Below are positions 38,484-52,030 of a stretch of DNA of 64,000 nucleotides, piece after piece. Origin of the DNA: Octopus vulgaris (Eukaryota); assembly GCA_951406725.2 (NCBI GenBank), contig OX597820.1, forward strand, positions 4,340,001-4,404,000, in the 5' to 3' direction. The notes under the pieces are model-generated. The model worked only from the letters and a program-made list of their open reading frames with translations, had not been told where the DNA came from and did not search any database. The stretch's first letter is position 1; each line of letters opens with the position of its first letter. The translations under genes and the position numbers were made by a program.

Positions 38484-39224
38484 GTACACAAGCACGAGCT
38501 AATTATGTAATCGAGGGTATTTTATCATGAATGAGCTAGAATGCTCTGGCCAAGTGAGATTATGAATGAAAGAGTAATTTTTGGAAGAATTGATTGATAA
38601 ATCCACGAAGCAAGAAGAAAATAGCAAGAAAAGCTGTGAAGAGTGAGAATGTTAGGCGAGGAATTGATTTGTTTGATGGCAGAAACCATTCACTGACGTG
38701 AGAGAGTCAGCTGTGATATTGTGAGCGGAGGAGGAGGAGGAGGAGCAGAACACTGAGCCACTCTCCCTCTCACTCTCTCTCTCTCACAACCTCCTCCTCC
38801 CACTCTCCCTCCTCCTCCTCCTCCTACCCCACAACAGTGTGTCACTGTGTTAAATGCAGGAAACAGACTGAGTTCAGTCTACACTGGCAAAGAATAGGCA
38901 CACACGTACATGCACACAGACACACACACACGCACATATACACATGCGCGCCTGCACACACACACACACAAAATGAACTACACACAGACACACACACACA
39001 CACAAAATGAACTACACACACACACTGATTTTTTTTCTACCTCCCAGCTGAGAGTCCCGACATACTGTGTCTGCTTGCCAGCCAGTCAATATATATGTGT
39101 AATTTATATAATAGACACACACACACACACACACACACACACGTAAGTATATATGATGCATGAAGGAAAACAAGAAAAGAACACAAGAGAGACAAGGTTT
39201 CACACAAAGGTGTTATAAGTTTCA

Positions 39225-40216
39225 CTACACACACACACACACACACACATGCATACACACACACACACGCACACACACATGCATACACACATGCATACAC
39301 ACACACACACATGCATACACACACACACACGCACACACACATGCATACACACACACACACACATGCATACACACACACACACGCACACACACACCATACA
39401 CAAACACACACACACCATAACGCACACACACACCATACACAAACACACACACCCATTTCTTTACTACCCACAAGGGGCTAAACATAGAAGGGACAAACAA
39501 GGACAGACAAACGGATTAAGTCGATTATATCGACTCCAGTGCGTAACTGGTACTTATTTTATCGACCCCGAAAGGATGAAAGGCAAAGTCGACCTCGGCG
39601 GACGAAATACGGCTACGCATTTCGCCCAGCGTGCTAACATTTCTGCCAGCTCGCCGCCTTCAAACACACACACCATACACAAACACACCCACCCACACAC
39701 ACACACACATGCATGCATACACACAAACACACACACCATACACAAACACCCCCACCCACCCACACACACACACACGCATGCATGCATACACACAAACACA
39801 CACACCATACACAAACACCCCCACCCACCCACACACACACACACGCATGCATGCATACACACAAACACACACACCATACACAAACACCCCCACCCACACA
39901 CACACACACACACGCATGCATGCATACACACAAACACACACACCATACACAAACACCCCCACCCACACACACACACATGCATGCATGCATACACACAAAC
40001 ACACACACCATACACAAACACACCCACCCCCACACAAACACATGCATGCATGCATACACACAAACACACACACCATACACAAACACACCCCCACCCACAC
40101 ACACACACACATGCATGCATGCATACACACAAACACACACACCATACACAAACACACCCACCCCCACACACACACATGCATGCATGCATACACACAAACA
40201 CACACACCATACACAT
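39225..40216. repeat. CA-rich compound minisatellite (~56-60-bp higher-order unit from 39661), interrupted by a SINE-B on the minus strand at ~39455-39660
   Basis: Repeated CAAACACACACACCATACACAAACACCCCCACCCAC...GCATGCATGCATACACA; SINE motif GGTACTTATTTTATCGACCCCGAAAGGATGAAAGGCAAAGTCGACC. Confidence 0.9.
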
Positions 40217-40344
40217 GTACGTATTTCTTTTCTATCTTTTAATTATTATAAATTTTCCACTGAGGAGGAACCCAGTTTCCAACAAAGATACAAGTGGATG
40301 TTAAACGATGATGATGATGATGATGATATATATATATACATATA

Positions 40345-40503
40345 TACGACAGGCTTCTTTCAGTTTCCGTCTACCAAATCCACTCACAAGGCTTTGGTCG
40401 GCCCGAGGCTATAGTAGAAGACACCTGCCCGAGGTCCCATGCAGTGGGGCAGAACCCAGGACCATGTGGTTGATAAGCAAATTACCACACAGCCACTCCT
40501 GCA
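40345..40503 (-). mobile_element. SINE family A 5' half
   Basis: Reverse complement of the 47194 head. Confidence 0.8.
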
Positions 40504-40559
40504 CATGTGATCAAATATAATTATTTAGGCTGTACATTAGCTCATTCCTGCCATCAAAT

Positions 40560-41255
40560 AGACCGTGAGACTTACCCTCATCCGATCGTGGCCGTGCCAG
40601 CCTCGCCTGGCCTCCGTGCCGGTGGCACGTAAAAAACACCATCCGAGCGTGGCCGTTCGCCAGCCTCGTCTGGCACCTGTGTCGGTAGCACGTAAAAAAC
40701 ACCATCCGAGCGTGGCCGTTCGCCAGCCTCGTCTGGCACCTGTGTCGGTGGCACAAAAAAAGCACCATCTGAGTGTGGCCATTCGCCAGCCTCGTCTGGC
40801 ACCTGTGTCGGTGGCACAAAAAAGACACCATCCGAGTGTGGCTGTTTGCCAGCCTCGTCTGGCACCTGTGTCGGTGGCACAAAAAAAAACACCATCCGAG
40901 TGTGGCCGTTCGCCAGCCTCGTCTGGCACCTGTGTCGGTGGCACGTAAAAAGCACCATCCGATCGTGGCCGTTTGCCAGCCTCGTCTGGCACCTGTGTCG
41001 GTGGCACGTAAAAAGCACCATCCGATCGTGGCCGTTCGCCAGCCTCGTCTGGCACCTGTGTCGGTGGCACGTAAAAAGCACCCACTACACTCACGGAGTG
41101 GTTGGCGTTAGGAAGGGCATCCAGCTGTAGAAACACTGCCAGAACAGACTGGAGCCTGGTGCAGCCTTCTGGCTTCCCAGACCCCAGTTGAACCGTCCAA
41201 CCCATGCTAGCATGGAAAGCAGACATTAAATGATGATGATGACGATGATGATGAT
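40560..41255 (+). mobile_element. RTE-family 3'UTR and terminus with ~8 tandem 60-62-bp repeats and a (GAT)n tail
   Basis: CACCATCCGA..GTGGCCGTTCGCCAGCCTCGTCTGGCACCTGTGTCGGTGGCACGTAAAAA repeated over 40578-41078, then the canonical terminus ...CCCATGCTAGCATGGAAAGCAGACATTAAA(TGA)n. Confidence 0.88.
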
Positions 41256-41817
41256 AGACAATGTTAACAATACAGCTCAAACTGAATAAGCAGCACAACA
41301 TTAAAAGGACAAAAATGATAAAGAACGATTTTAAGATATAAATCAGGAATTTATACAATTATAACATGAGGTTTAATGAAAGCTGGTTCGAGATTTCTTC
41401 TGAGGAAAAACTAATGTCAATCTAGAGCAAGGCATGTGAGTGGATTTGGTAGATGGAAACTGAAAGAAGCCCATCATATATAAGTTCAGCAAAATTTAGA
41501 TTCAGTTGAAATAAGTATAAGAATGTGCATTGTCCGCTTAATTGAAAAATTCTATATGTGGCTGAAGATTGCTCGACATTTCAAAACTGATGTAATACTT
41601 TCATAGTTTAATAAAATGAAGTAGCATGAAACAATTGTACTACACTACCTTGGATATCCTTGTTGCTTATTTTGATATATATATATCATTATCATCATCA
41701 TCATATTGGCATGGGTTGGACGGTTCGACTTTCCATGCTGGCATGGGTTGGACGGTTCAACTGACGACTGGCAAACCAGGAGGCTGCACCAGGTTCCACT
41801 TACGTATGTTTCAATGG

Positions 41818-42027
41818 TTTCAAATTTTGGCACAAGGCCAGTAATTTTGGGGGAGGAAGTGAGTCAATTAGATCAACCCAAGTATGCAACTGGTATTTAT
41901 TTCATTGATGCCGTAAAGATAAAAGGCAAGGTCGACCTTGGCAGAATTTGAACTCAGAATGTGAAGACAGATGAAATACTGCAAAGCATTTCAACCAGTG
42001 TGTTAACAATTCTGCCAGCTCACCACC

Positions 42028-42030
<3 letters not shown>
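41818..42030 (-). mobile_element. SINE-B
   Basis: GCAACTGGTATTTATTTCATTGATGCCGTAAAGATAAAAGGCAAGGTCGACC...AATTCTGCCAGCTCACCACCTT. Confidence 0.75.
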
Positions 42031-42078
<48 letters not shown>

Positions 42079-42081
<3 letters not shown>

Positions 42082-42412
42082 GCTCTGATGCAGTACCAGG
42101 CAGTGGCTCTCATGGCTTCTGATCTTAACTGATTGGAAGTGTTATCATGTACATTGTTTTGTCTTGGTATAAAAGATGGGCTACAGCAAATATTCTGCTC
42201 AATACCACAGATTTGCTTGTCAGTTGTTTGACTTTAACCAGTTGAGCATGTCCCTTAGTGGCTGACGATATGTGCATCTCTGATCACGAGCAGAAGTAGT
42301 GGGGGAGCATCATAGCCATGTGTTGAGAGGGATTCTTTGGGGTTTGAATAGTTCACCTCTGGAAACATGGGTGGTTCTTTCAACATCCTTAAACAACCCT
42401 TATTCAGGGACC
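42079..42412 (+). mobile_element. Discrete 334-bp segment starting right after (TAA)n; possibly the 5'UTR of the R4/Dong-like element downstream
   Basis: Sharp boundaries with (TAA)n (42029-42078) and (TTA)n; no ORF. The link to the RLE fragment is inferred only. Confidence 0.35.
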
Positions 42413-42415
42413 GTT

Positions 42416-42983
<568 letters not shown>

Positions 42984-42989
42984 CGTATG

Positions 42990-43401
42990 TGTATAGTTGT
43001 CAGAGATCATGAAGAAAAAAAATGCTTTTTAATTGATGTATCAATACCGGCAGATGACAACGTGTCTCTAAAAGAAATGGAGAAACTCTCAAAATACAAA
43101 GACCTGGAAATAGAGGTAACTAGAATGTGGAATCTGAAAACAGAAACAATTCCTATCATAGTAGGTGCATTAGGCATGATAAAAAAATATTCAGACAAAT
43201 ACATAACAAAAACACCAGGACTTACAAACACATATAACATACAGAAAATTGCACTACTAGGCACTGCCCACATCCTACGCAGAACACTTTCCATACAATA
43301 ACCATCAGAGCATCACAACAAATCACAGCACATACTCAAGGCACACAGAGCTGCGCTCGGTAGTGAAGTGAAAGCACGCTATAAAAATAAAAATAAAACT
43401 A

Positions 43402-43405
<4 letters not shown>
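42990..43405 (+). mobile_element. R4/Dong-like non-LTR retrotransposon 3' end (restriction-like endonuclease C-terminus plus 3'UTR) ending in (TAA)n
   Basis: IVVRDHEEKKCFLIDVSIPADDNVSLKEMEKLSKYKDLEIEVTRMW...IPIIVGALG...IQKIALLGTAHILRRTL matches the RLE D...K..KY..L pattern of the R4 clade; stop at 43301. Confidence 0.88.
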
Positions 43406-43439
<34 letters not shown>

Positions 43440-43441
43440 TG

Positions 43442-43523
<82 letters not shown>

Positions 43524-43525
43524 TG

Positions 43526-43586
<61 letters not shown>

Positions 43587-43588
43587 TG

Positions 43589-43640
<52 letters not shown>

Positions 43641-43674
43641 TGATAATAATAATAATAATAATAACAATAATAAC

Positions 43675-43745
<71 letters not shown>

Positions 43746-43750
43746 TGATA
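43406..43750. repeat. (TAA)n microsatellite with TGA/CAA interruptions; also the tail of a minus-strand SINE-B (43748-43968)
   Basis: Direct reading. Confidence 0.92.
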
Positions 43751-44754
43751 ATCCTTTCCACTATAAGCACAAGGCCTGGAATTTGTGGGGAGGAGGACAG
43801 TCAATTACATTGGTCCCAGCATGCAACTGGTACTTAATTTATTGACCCTGAAAGGATGAAAGGTAAAGTCGACCTCGGCAGAATTTGAACTCAGAATGTA
43901 AAGCTGGACGAAATGCTGTGAAGCGGCTTTTCCTAGCTCGTTAATGATCTCTTCCAGCTCACCACCTTTGTGTATGTAATTAAGAAGAGCAGAAAGCCTT
44001 GCTTTGGGTTCTGTATTGAGTATGAAGGAACACGGAAGGGAGGACTTCATAATGATATGTAATTAATATGAGAAAAGAAGGTGGAGAGGTGTTGAGGAGG
44101 GGAAGGTCACAAACTGGAACTTTACTGCATGACAAATAAATAAAAGCAGTTATCAGCAGAGGCAGTGGGAGGGGTAGGATTGGTAGAGTTACCTTGGAGA
44201 CACAATTATTATTTGCTGTCGTTACTGTGAAAGTAATTAAGAACAGGTATCCTATGAGCTGGTGACATAGAAATGCTGGGAGTTTTTATTTACTTCTGTT
44301 ACTTATTTCAGTGATTCGAGTGTGACCATGCTGGAGCACCGCTTTGAAGGGTTTCATTCAATCTAATATGACACCCGATACTTATCTTTTAAAAATCTAG
44401 TACTTATTCTACCAGTTCTCTTTCGCTGAACCAAAGCTATGAGGACATAAACAAACCAGCACCAGTTGTCTATTGGTGGTGGGACAAACACAAATGTGAA
44501 GACACATTATATATATATAAGTATATATAAGTGTGTGTACAAACAGATGTATTCGTTTAATGCTCAGGAAGTGGAAATGTCTTTAACATTTCGAGCCTAT
44601 GCTCTTCCACAGAAAGGAACACAGAAAGAAACAAGGAGAGAAAATAAAGAATGTGTAGTGGCTAGCGATCTATCATGGCAAATGCTGAACAGAGGAGTCA
44701 CACCTGTTTGTTGTTTACATACCTGTCTTTGTCTTTTGTTTTTTTGTAAATTCC

Positions 44755-44848
<94 letters not shown>

Positions 44849-44850
44849 GT

Positions 44851-45150
44851 GGAGGCGCAATGGCCCAGTGGTTAGGGCAGTGAACTCGCGGTCGGAGGAT
44901 CGCGGTTTCGATTCCCAGAGCGGGCATTGTCAGTGTTTATTGAGCGAAAACACCTAAACCTCCACGAGGCTCCAGCAGGGGGTGGTGGCGAACCCTGCTG
45001 TACTCTTTCGCCACAACTTTCTCTCACTCTTTCTTCTGTTGGCCTGCTTGCTTAGCCAGCGGGGTGGCGTCATTTGAAGGCTGAAACAATGCAAAGCGCA
45101 TTGTGACCAGCGATGTGTAACAACATCTGATAGCCTGGTCGGTCATGGTG
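44851..45150 (+). mobile_element. tRNA-derived SINE family C
   Basis: GGAGGCGCAATGGCCCAGTGGTTAGGGCAG (A box), GGTTTCGATTCCC (B box), then a ~240-bp body; flanked by (TA)n. Confidence 0.75.
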
Positions 45151-45156
45151 GTGGTG

Positions 45157-45209
<53 letters not shown>

Positions 45210-45295
45210 GGTGTCATCTAAAATAAAGATAGGATTTTCTTTATACATATTACTGATTGTTGTAAATGCTCTGAATTTTATAAAATTCTGCATAA

Positions 45296-45454
45296 GGCAC
45301 AGGAGTAGCTGTGTGGCAAGTAGCTTGCTAACCAACCACATGGTTCCAGGTTCAGTCCTTTTCCGTGGCACCTTGGGCAAGTGTCTTCTACTATAGCCTC
45401 AGGCCGACCAAAGCCTTGTGAGTGGATTTGGTAGTCAGAAATTGAAAGCCCGTC

Positions 45455-45502
<48 letters not shown>

Positions 45503-45722
45503 AGGTGTGTGTATATGTTTGTGTGTCTGTGTTTTTCCCCCCAACATCGCTTGACAACTGATGCTGGTGTGTTTATGTCCCCGTCACCTAGCGGTTCGGC
45601 AAAAGAGACCGATAGAATAAGTACTAGGCTTACAAAGAATAAGTCCTGGGGTCGATTTACTCGACTAAAGGCGGTGCTCCAGCATGGCCGCAACCAAATG
45701 ACTGAAACAAGTAAAAGAATAA
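45296..45722 (+). mobile_element. Full-length SINE family A; an opposite-strand copy follows at ~45893-46290
   Basis: GGCACAGGAGTAGCTGTGTGG...GGTTCAGTCC...GGCACCTTGGGCAAGTGTCTT (CORE-like), internal (TA)n(TG)n, 3' GGTGCTCCAGCATGGCCGCA...ATGACTGAAACAAGTAAAAG. Confidence 0.85.
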
Positions 45723-46509
45723 AAAATCTTGTTGGATTTACCTGTCCCTGTCATACCTGAGGATTTACCTGGGATTTGAATTCTACATATGTGTGTGTGT
45801 GTGTGTGTGGTGGGTTTGTGGGTGTGTATGTATGACCTGTAAATGTCTCGTTTCTGTCCCTCTTATGATCTATCAATGTCTTTCATTACTCTACTCTTTA
45901 TTCTTTCACTTGTTTCAGTCATTTGACTGTGGTCATGCTGGAGCACTACCTTTAGTTGAACAAATCGACCCCCAGGACTTATTCTTAGTAAGCCCAGTAC
46001 TTATTCTACTGGTCTCTTTTACTGAACCTCTAAGTTACAGGGAAGTAAACACACCAACATCGGATGTCATGTGATGGTGTGGGGACAAATGGACACACAA
46101 ACACACACACACACACACATACATATACATGACAGGCTTCTTTCAGTTTCCGTCTTCAAAATCCACTCACAAGGCTTTGGTTAGTCCCAAGGCTAGAGTA
46201 CAAGACATTTTCCCAAGGTGCCATGCAGTGGGACTGAACCCAGAACCATGTGGTTGGGAAGCAACTTCTTACCACACAGCCATGTCTGTTCCTCTATTGC
46301 GTATTTCAAGAATCTTCCTCTGTAAAAAGGTTGGCAAGTGGGGTTGAGACAATTGTTTCAACACATTTTTACACCTGTAGTACATTGGTGAGATGATATA
46401 ATCAGCATATTGCTTAATGACTACCATCCATCGAAGGTGAAAATGTGTTTCTTCAGGTGAGTATTTTGAACAAGTCCTTCATTTGATCCGACTATCATTT
46501 CACTCTATA

Positions 46510-46838
46510 TGAGAGTGCTAGTAGGGTGCCAAGAGCACCATCCGAGTGTGATCGTTGCCAGAGTAGCTAACTGGCTTCCATGCCGGTGGCACGTAAAATG
46601 CACCATTTGAGCGTGGCCGTTACCAGTACTGCCTGACTGGCCCTCATGCCACTGGCACATAAAAGCACCCACTACACTCACGGAGTGGTTGGCGTTAGGA
46701 AGGGCATCCAGCTGTAGAAACACTGCCAGATCAGATTGGAGCCTGGTGCAGCCATCTGGTTTACCAGTTCTCAGCCAAAATCGTCCAACCCATGCTAGCA
46801 CGGAAAGTGGACGTTAAACGATGATGATGATGATGATA
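46510..46838 (+). mobile_element. RTE-family 3' terminus
   Basis: 60-bp repeat variants, GGAGTGGTTGGCGTTAGGAAGGGCATCCAGC and a (GAT)n tail. Confidence 0.8.
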
Positions 46839-47192
46839 ATGAATATACAAAATGGTGTATTATTTTCAGCAATTCTCAGACAAAACTAAATCCATTGATA
46901 AAATGACAGCCATTCTCTTCAGCAATGCCATTTGCAGTCATTACCACAAGGCATGGCTGAGTACCCCACTTGTTCTGGGATATGTGGCCCGTCACCCTCT
47001 TTCCCTCCTTCTTCCACTGCTTGCTCCCCACTTTTTTCTTTTTTTTTTTCCTTTCTCATCTCTCTTTTTTTCTGTTTCCTTGAATCTGGGTGACTCTTTC
47101 AAATTTCACACATTGAATAAACACATTTTCATTTCTGACCAAAACTATAAATCGAAATAAGAAATAAAGAAACAAACATAAATACATAAACA

Positions 47193-47605
47193 GACGCAGG
47201 AGTGGCTGTGTGGTAAGTAGCTTGCTTACGAACCACATGGTTCCGGGTTCAGTCCCACTGCATGGCATCTTGGGCAAATGTCTTCTGCTATAGCCCCGGG
47301 CCGACCAATGCCTTGTGAGAGGATTTGGTAGACGGAAACTGAAAGAAGCCTGTCGTATATATGTATATATATATATAAGTGTGTGTATATGTTTGTGTGT
47401 GTGTGTTTGTCCCCCTAGCATTGCTTGACAACCGATGCTGGTGTGTTTACGTCCCCGTCGCTTAGCGGTTCGGCAAAAGAGACCAAAAGAATAAGTACTG
47501 GGCTTACAAAGAATAAGTCCCGGGGTCGATTTGCTCGACTAAAGGCGGTGCTCCAGCATGGCCGCAGTCAAATGGCTGAAACAAGTAAAAGAGTAAAGAG
47601 TAAAG
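47193..47605 (+). mobile_element. Full-length, CpG-intact (young) SINE family A
   Basis: A box TGGCTGTGTGG, B box GGGTTCAGTCCC, CORE-like CTTGGGCAAATGTCTT, tail (GTAAAGA)n. Confidence 0.88.
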
Positions 47606-47610
47606 AGAGA

Positions 47611-48134
47611 GACCCCTTATCCAAATTCTAGAAATCTGGAATTTCCAGAAATCCAGTAATACTATTGTAACACTGTGCAATTTGCTGTGACCTGTACTGA
47701 GTTCCCTAGACCTAGTTTTTGAAGTTGGTTAATCTGCATACAATCTATTAAAAATAGTTTTGTTCACTGCTTTTTTTTTTCTCGGTGGATTGATAATGAT
47801 TAAAAACACAGCATCAAAATTGCAGTAAATTGTTCTTATATCTGTTAAATAAAATCATGTTCTTTACTTTTCTTTGTTTAATCTCCTTCCTGTAAACATT
47901 ATACTAAATTCGTGGTACAGTAGAATATATTTAAAAAATTTTAAGTGGATTAATAGACATGAAACATACCCTGCCATAGAAATGTATTAATATAAATCTG
48001 TCAAATACAATTTATTTTCCGTAGTTTATCTTATATTATAAGTGTATAGTTAGGTTTTCTCCAGGAAACCGGAAAATCTTGAAATCTGAGCCACTTCTGG
48101 TTCCAAGTATACTGGATATTTGGTCTGGTACTGT
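47611..48134. mobile_element. pogo/Tigger4 (MER46-like) MITE, degenerate
   Basis: Left CCCTTATCCAAATT; right CACTTCTGGTTCCAAGTATACTGGATATTTGGTCTGGTACTG-TA, resembling Tigger-type termini. Confidence 0.45.
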
Positions 48135-48139
48135 ATATG

Positions 48140-48173
<34 letters not shown>

Positions 48174-48183
48174 CACACACGCG

Positions 48184-48221
<38 letters not shown>

Positions 48222-48229
48222 CGCGCGCA

Positions 48230-48263
<34 letters not shown>

Positions 48264-48795
48264 TACATGTGCCTAACAATACATACATATACAGGATATA
48301 TTTAAAAAATTTTAAGTGGATTAACAAATAACGAACAGAACTTGATTTAGAAATGTATTAATTTAATCTGTCAAATACAATTTATTGTATTCAACAGATT
48401 TAGTTGTAGGTGTGGCTACGTGGTTAAGAAGCTTGTTGTGGAATCTATTGGTTAGGAGTTCAATCTCACTGCATGTATGTTGTCAGCTGGTGTCCTCAAA
48501 TTTAATTATGGGTTAACCAGTCCAGTCCAGTACAGTGTGAGTGTAATTTAAGAAGAAGCACTTGTATACATTTGTGTATGTGAATGTGTGTGTGTGTGTG
48601 TGTGTACTGTCATATGTGCGTATGCATATATTTAGTAAAGTCTACTTACCAAGGCGATGTGGCAGTCTTATGCAGACCAGTGTCGCTTCTTTTTAGTCCC
48701 AGGAAAATATCTTTTCCAGCTGGCTACCAACACATGGTCTGTGTCTGTATACTATGAGCAAGGGAGTCTACCGCCCCCTTTCTAGCCATAGCTAT

Positions 48796-48840
<45 letters not shown>

Positions 48841-49129
48841 CAGGTAAAAAGTAAAAGTGAAAACAACATGGAAGCCTGTTTAAAGATTCTTTATACTTTT
48901 TTTTCTTTAATTGGGGAGGAAAAGTATTTTTATATCTGTTACATTAAGTGACTTTTATAAAGTATTTCCGGTTTCACAGTGTATGTTATCAAATATCAAA
49001 AACTCAAAGGGAATAAGAAAAATTTAGTAAATTAGAAAAAATTGGAAATTAAAACTCATGCCTGGAAACCTCATGGCATACTCATATTGTTGAAAAAAAA
49101 AAAAATCGATGACAGGTCCCCTAGAAGGG

Positions 49130-49848
49130 ATCCTTATATATATCTGGTATATTTCCTTTTAACAGCCAAGAGAAATAACAGATTCACCTAGATTTTAACA
49201 GCCAGGGGAAATAACCCATTCATTTTCCTAAATCATTTGGTATAAATCAAATTGAGTATGCTTATTTCTTAGTATTTGAACTATTTGCGTTATTTTCGCA
49301 ATTTATCCAGTACAACGCTTAAACAAATAAATAGTATTTTCCTAAATAATAGATCCACTTATTTCGGTTAGTGACTTATTCACGAATATACCAACACTAG
49401 CGTCGCTGAGGGTAATATTCTCTGGGAATGCACAAAAGCCCTTTTCAGAGTTATTTACTTTGAATTGTTATTATCTCATATCTGATTAGCCTCTTATTAC
49501 GTAACATGCTTCACGATTTTAGTATACATACCTTATTAGTATTTCCTCCTATGTTCTATATACTCTGGGAACGCATTAAAGCCCTTTCCGGGGCTACTTT
49601 ATTTGAATTCTTACTATCAGGTAACTAATTTCATGTTATTACATAACTGACTTCACTGTTTGGGTATTCATAACTTATTGGGAATTCCTAAAAACAAGAT
49701 CCTGTGTAAGACAGTTCGGTATTCTCTGTAAATGCACAAAAACTGTTTTAAGGCCTACATACTTTGTATTGTTGTTATTGGATTAGCGAAACAATTATGA
49801 GAATGGAACCCAGGGATAAGCCCCGCTTTCCCAGGTATGTCAGCTAGT
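49130..49848 (+). mobile_element. Possible non-autonomous Helitron (3' hairpin plus CTAG|T) with ~145-160-bp internal repeats
   Basis: GGGATAAGC-CCC-GCTTTCCC hairpin about 12 nt before CTAGT at ~49844-49848. CTCTG..AA.GCA..AAA...TTT repeats at ~49419, 49563 and 49724. The 5' end is uncertain. Confidence 0.45.
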
Positions 49849-50834
49849 GTATATATATGTATATGTGTGCACCTGTTCATGAATTTGTATTCTATGATTT
49901 TCTATGATTTTAATTCTTATTGGCAAATTGTTGTTTTAATTTCTTGATTTCTGCAATAATGACATAACAAGGAAGGGAATAAATAAGTGCTACTAATAGT
50001 GATAGAGGCGGTAATAAATAGAACAGTAAAATGTAATTTAATAAAATATGCATGTGTTAGTGAAGTCAATATTTTGCGATAAATGCAGCCACTTTATTTA
50101 CTGTTGCTCAGATGATTTGTTGCTCCACTGACCAAAAGGAATTATTTTAAATTTTGGTTGATGATTCCCAGCACATACATCTACATGTTCACTGGGAGAT
50201 ATTTGTCTGTAACTAGGAAATTGAACTTGCTCTCTATCCAATGTTATTCATTTTCTTAAGGTTATTCCAGTGTGTCTAATGTAATTCTCTCCATATCCTG
50301 AACAAGATATTACACACACCTTCTTTAGAGCATGTGTACAGAACATTTTCCTTTATGGAGTCAAAAACTGGAATATGAAGAAGGAACTTGTTGTTTTAAT
50401 TTCTTAATTTGGTGGGTGTGTATACCAAGCTGCTCAAAACCAAACATGGCCTAAATAGATTTATGGGCACATTTCACTTTTCTCTGATATTGTTACTCAA
50501 CAGAGAGTAGACTTTGCTGCCCATCATCATCATGCTGAACAATAAACCATATCCAAAGTTATATTTTGGAGACTTCTGCACCAAAACAGAGGTCGAAGGG
50601 AACTCATTTACAATAATGTTATTAGCAGAGACACACAACAACAGAAAAAAACAGAACTTCTAGATCTAATAAAAGACAAAATTTGTTGGCATGGCAGGAT
50701 GAAATGCATTTTGATTGTATCCACATGGTATAAATATATACATACATATGTACATATATGCATACATACACACATACATATATACTTACATACATACAAA
50801 CATACATATAAACGTACATACATACATACATACA

Positions 50835-51335
50835 AGAGAAACTGTGCACAGTTGTGGAAATTAGCTGATCAGTAGATGTTAACATAAAGCTGAGGCTCAG
50901 TGAAAAAGAGAACACCTGTGCTGAACTATTGAGAAATCTGCAGTTACTCTATCCAGATTACAAGTTCAGGTTTATACCTGTAATTATTGGGGCCCTGGAA
51001 TATGTAACACACTGCCTAAATACCAATCTTGAGAAATTAAGCTTCTCAAAACCAGAAAGGAGAAAGCTAATTGGAAGACTACAGATCCAATCCATCACTG
51101 GAACTGTAAAAATCTGTAAAACTTTACAGAAGTTTAGCATTTAAATATATATATGAGCATGTCTAGATATGTAGCTATATGCATGAGAATACATACATTA
51201 AACAAAACATACAAATCTGCATGTATACATACATACCCTGTTGTTGACGTTGACATTCCAATGAAGGAGCCTTGGATCTAGGTTAGAAACCGGTTCTTTC
51301 TCTATTGGCAAGAAATCTTGAACTAAAACTGAACA
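50835..51335 (+). mobile_element. Second RLE-type (R2/R4/NeSL group) retrotransposon 3' end, degenerate
   Basis: CTVVEIS..VDVNI...EKENTCAELLRNLQLLYPDYKFRFIPVIIGALEYV...LQIQSITGTVKICK; begins after (CATA)n. Confidence 0.7.
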
Positions 51336-51347
51336 ATGACAGACATA

Positions 51348-51933
51348 CATACTCTTTTGCTTCCGACATATGTTTTGAAGACAACATTGGTATTATTCAA
51401 GAAGGAATAAAATGGTGTAAAGCAATGCAATCTTCTCATCAGGGAAAGAGAGAAATGAAATTCATCAATGAGACATTTTAACAGAATGTGATGACTGCAT
51501 ATAATCATTTTTGGCAGAAACATACCTTCAGTACCTATAAGCGATTTCTACCATTCTATATAATTCAACCCAAGACTGTCTTCTTACATTTTACTTACAC
51601 AAAATTTATCTACTGCCAAGACTTTAAGCTTTATTCCTATTCACCTATTGCTCTATATCTCTCCACTATTAGTTTTCAGCTAATTTCCTTCTTTCTCCTC
51701 CTTCTCTTTCTATAAACTACCTTTGACATTATATCTACTAACGGTTTTTAAAAAAAAACAACTTGCTAGCATCCCCTTCATCACAGTCGTCACATTCTAT
51801 TGAAATGTCTTATTGATATGTTTGGTTTCTTTCTATCCCTGATGAGAAGATTGCATTGTTTTACACCATTTTATTCTTTCTGGAATAATACCAATGTTGT
51901 CTTTGAAACATATGTTGGAAGTAAAAGAATTTG
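51348..51933. mobile_element. Penelope-like remnant with ~130-bp inverted repeats (51348-51480 and 51803-51933), each containing a hammerhead-like motif
   Basis: Direct reverse-complement match between the two arms; the element ends beside (TA)n. Confidence 0.65.
51836..51919 (+). ncRNA. Hammerhead-ribozyme-like motif with extended stem II
   Basis: TCC-CTGATGA (51839-45), GAAGATTGCATTG...CAATGTTGTCTTT, GAAAC (51905-09), ATAT, GTT, GGA. Stem III is the palindrome ACATATGT. The minus copy at 51361-51446 has a GUC triplet but AAAA in place of GAAA. Confidence 0.6.
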
Positions 51934-51953
51934 AATAACACCTGCGTTTAACT

Positions 51954-52030
<77 letters not shown>

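Noticed and set aside
40578-41078. CRISPR-like regular repeats (also considered for 23828-25561 and 870-1225)
   Set aside because: The units are contiguous with no unique spacers, there are no cas genes, and the context is eukaryotic LINE UTR or VNTR.
44851-44925. tRNA gene (also considered at 15528 and 47193)
   Set aside because: A and B boxes are present but there is no acceptor stem or T-run terminator; the sequence continues into a SINE body.
51258-51300. Hammerhead-like hairpin plus GAAACCGGTT in the RLE element 3'UTR
   Set aside because: There is no CUGANGA box.
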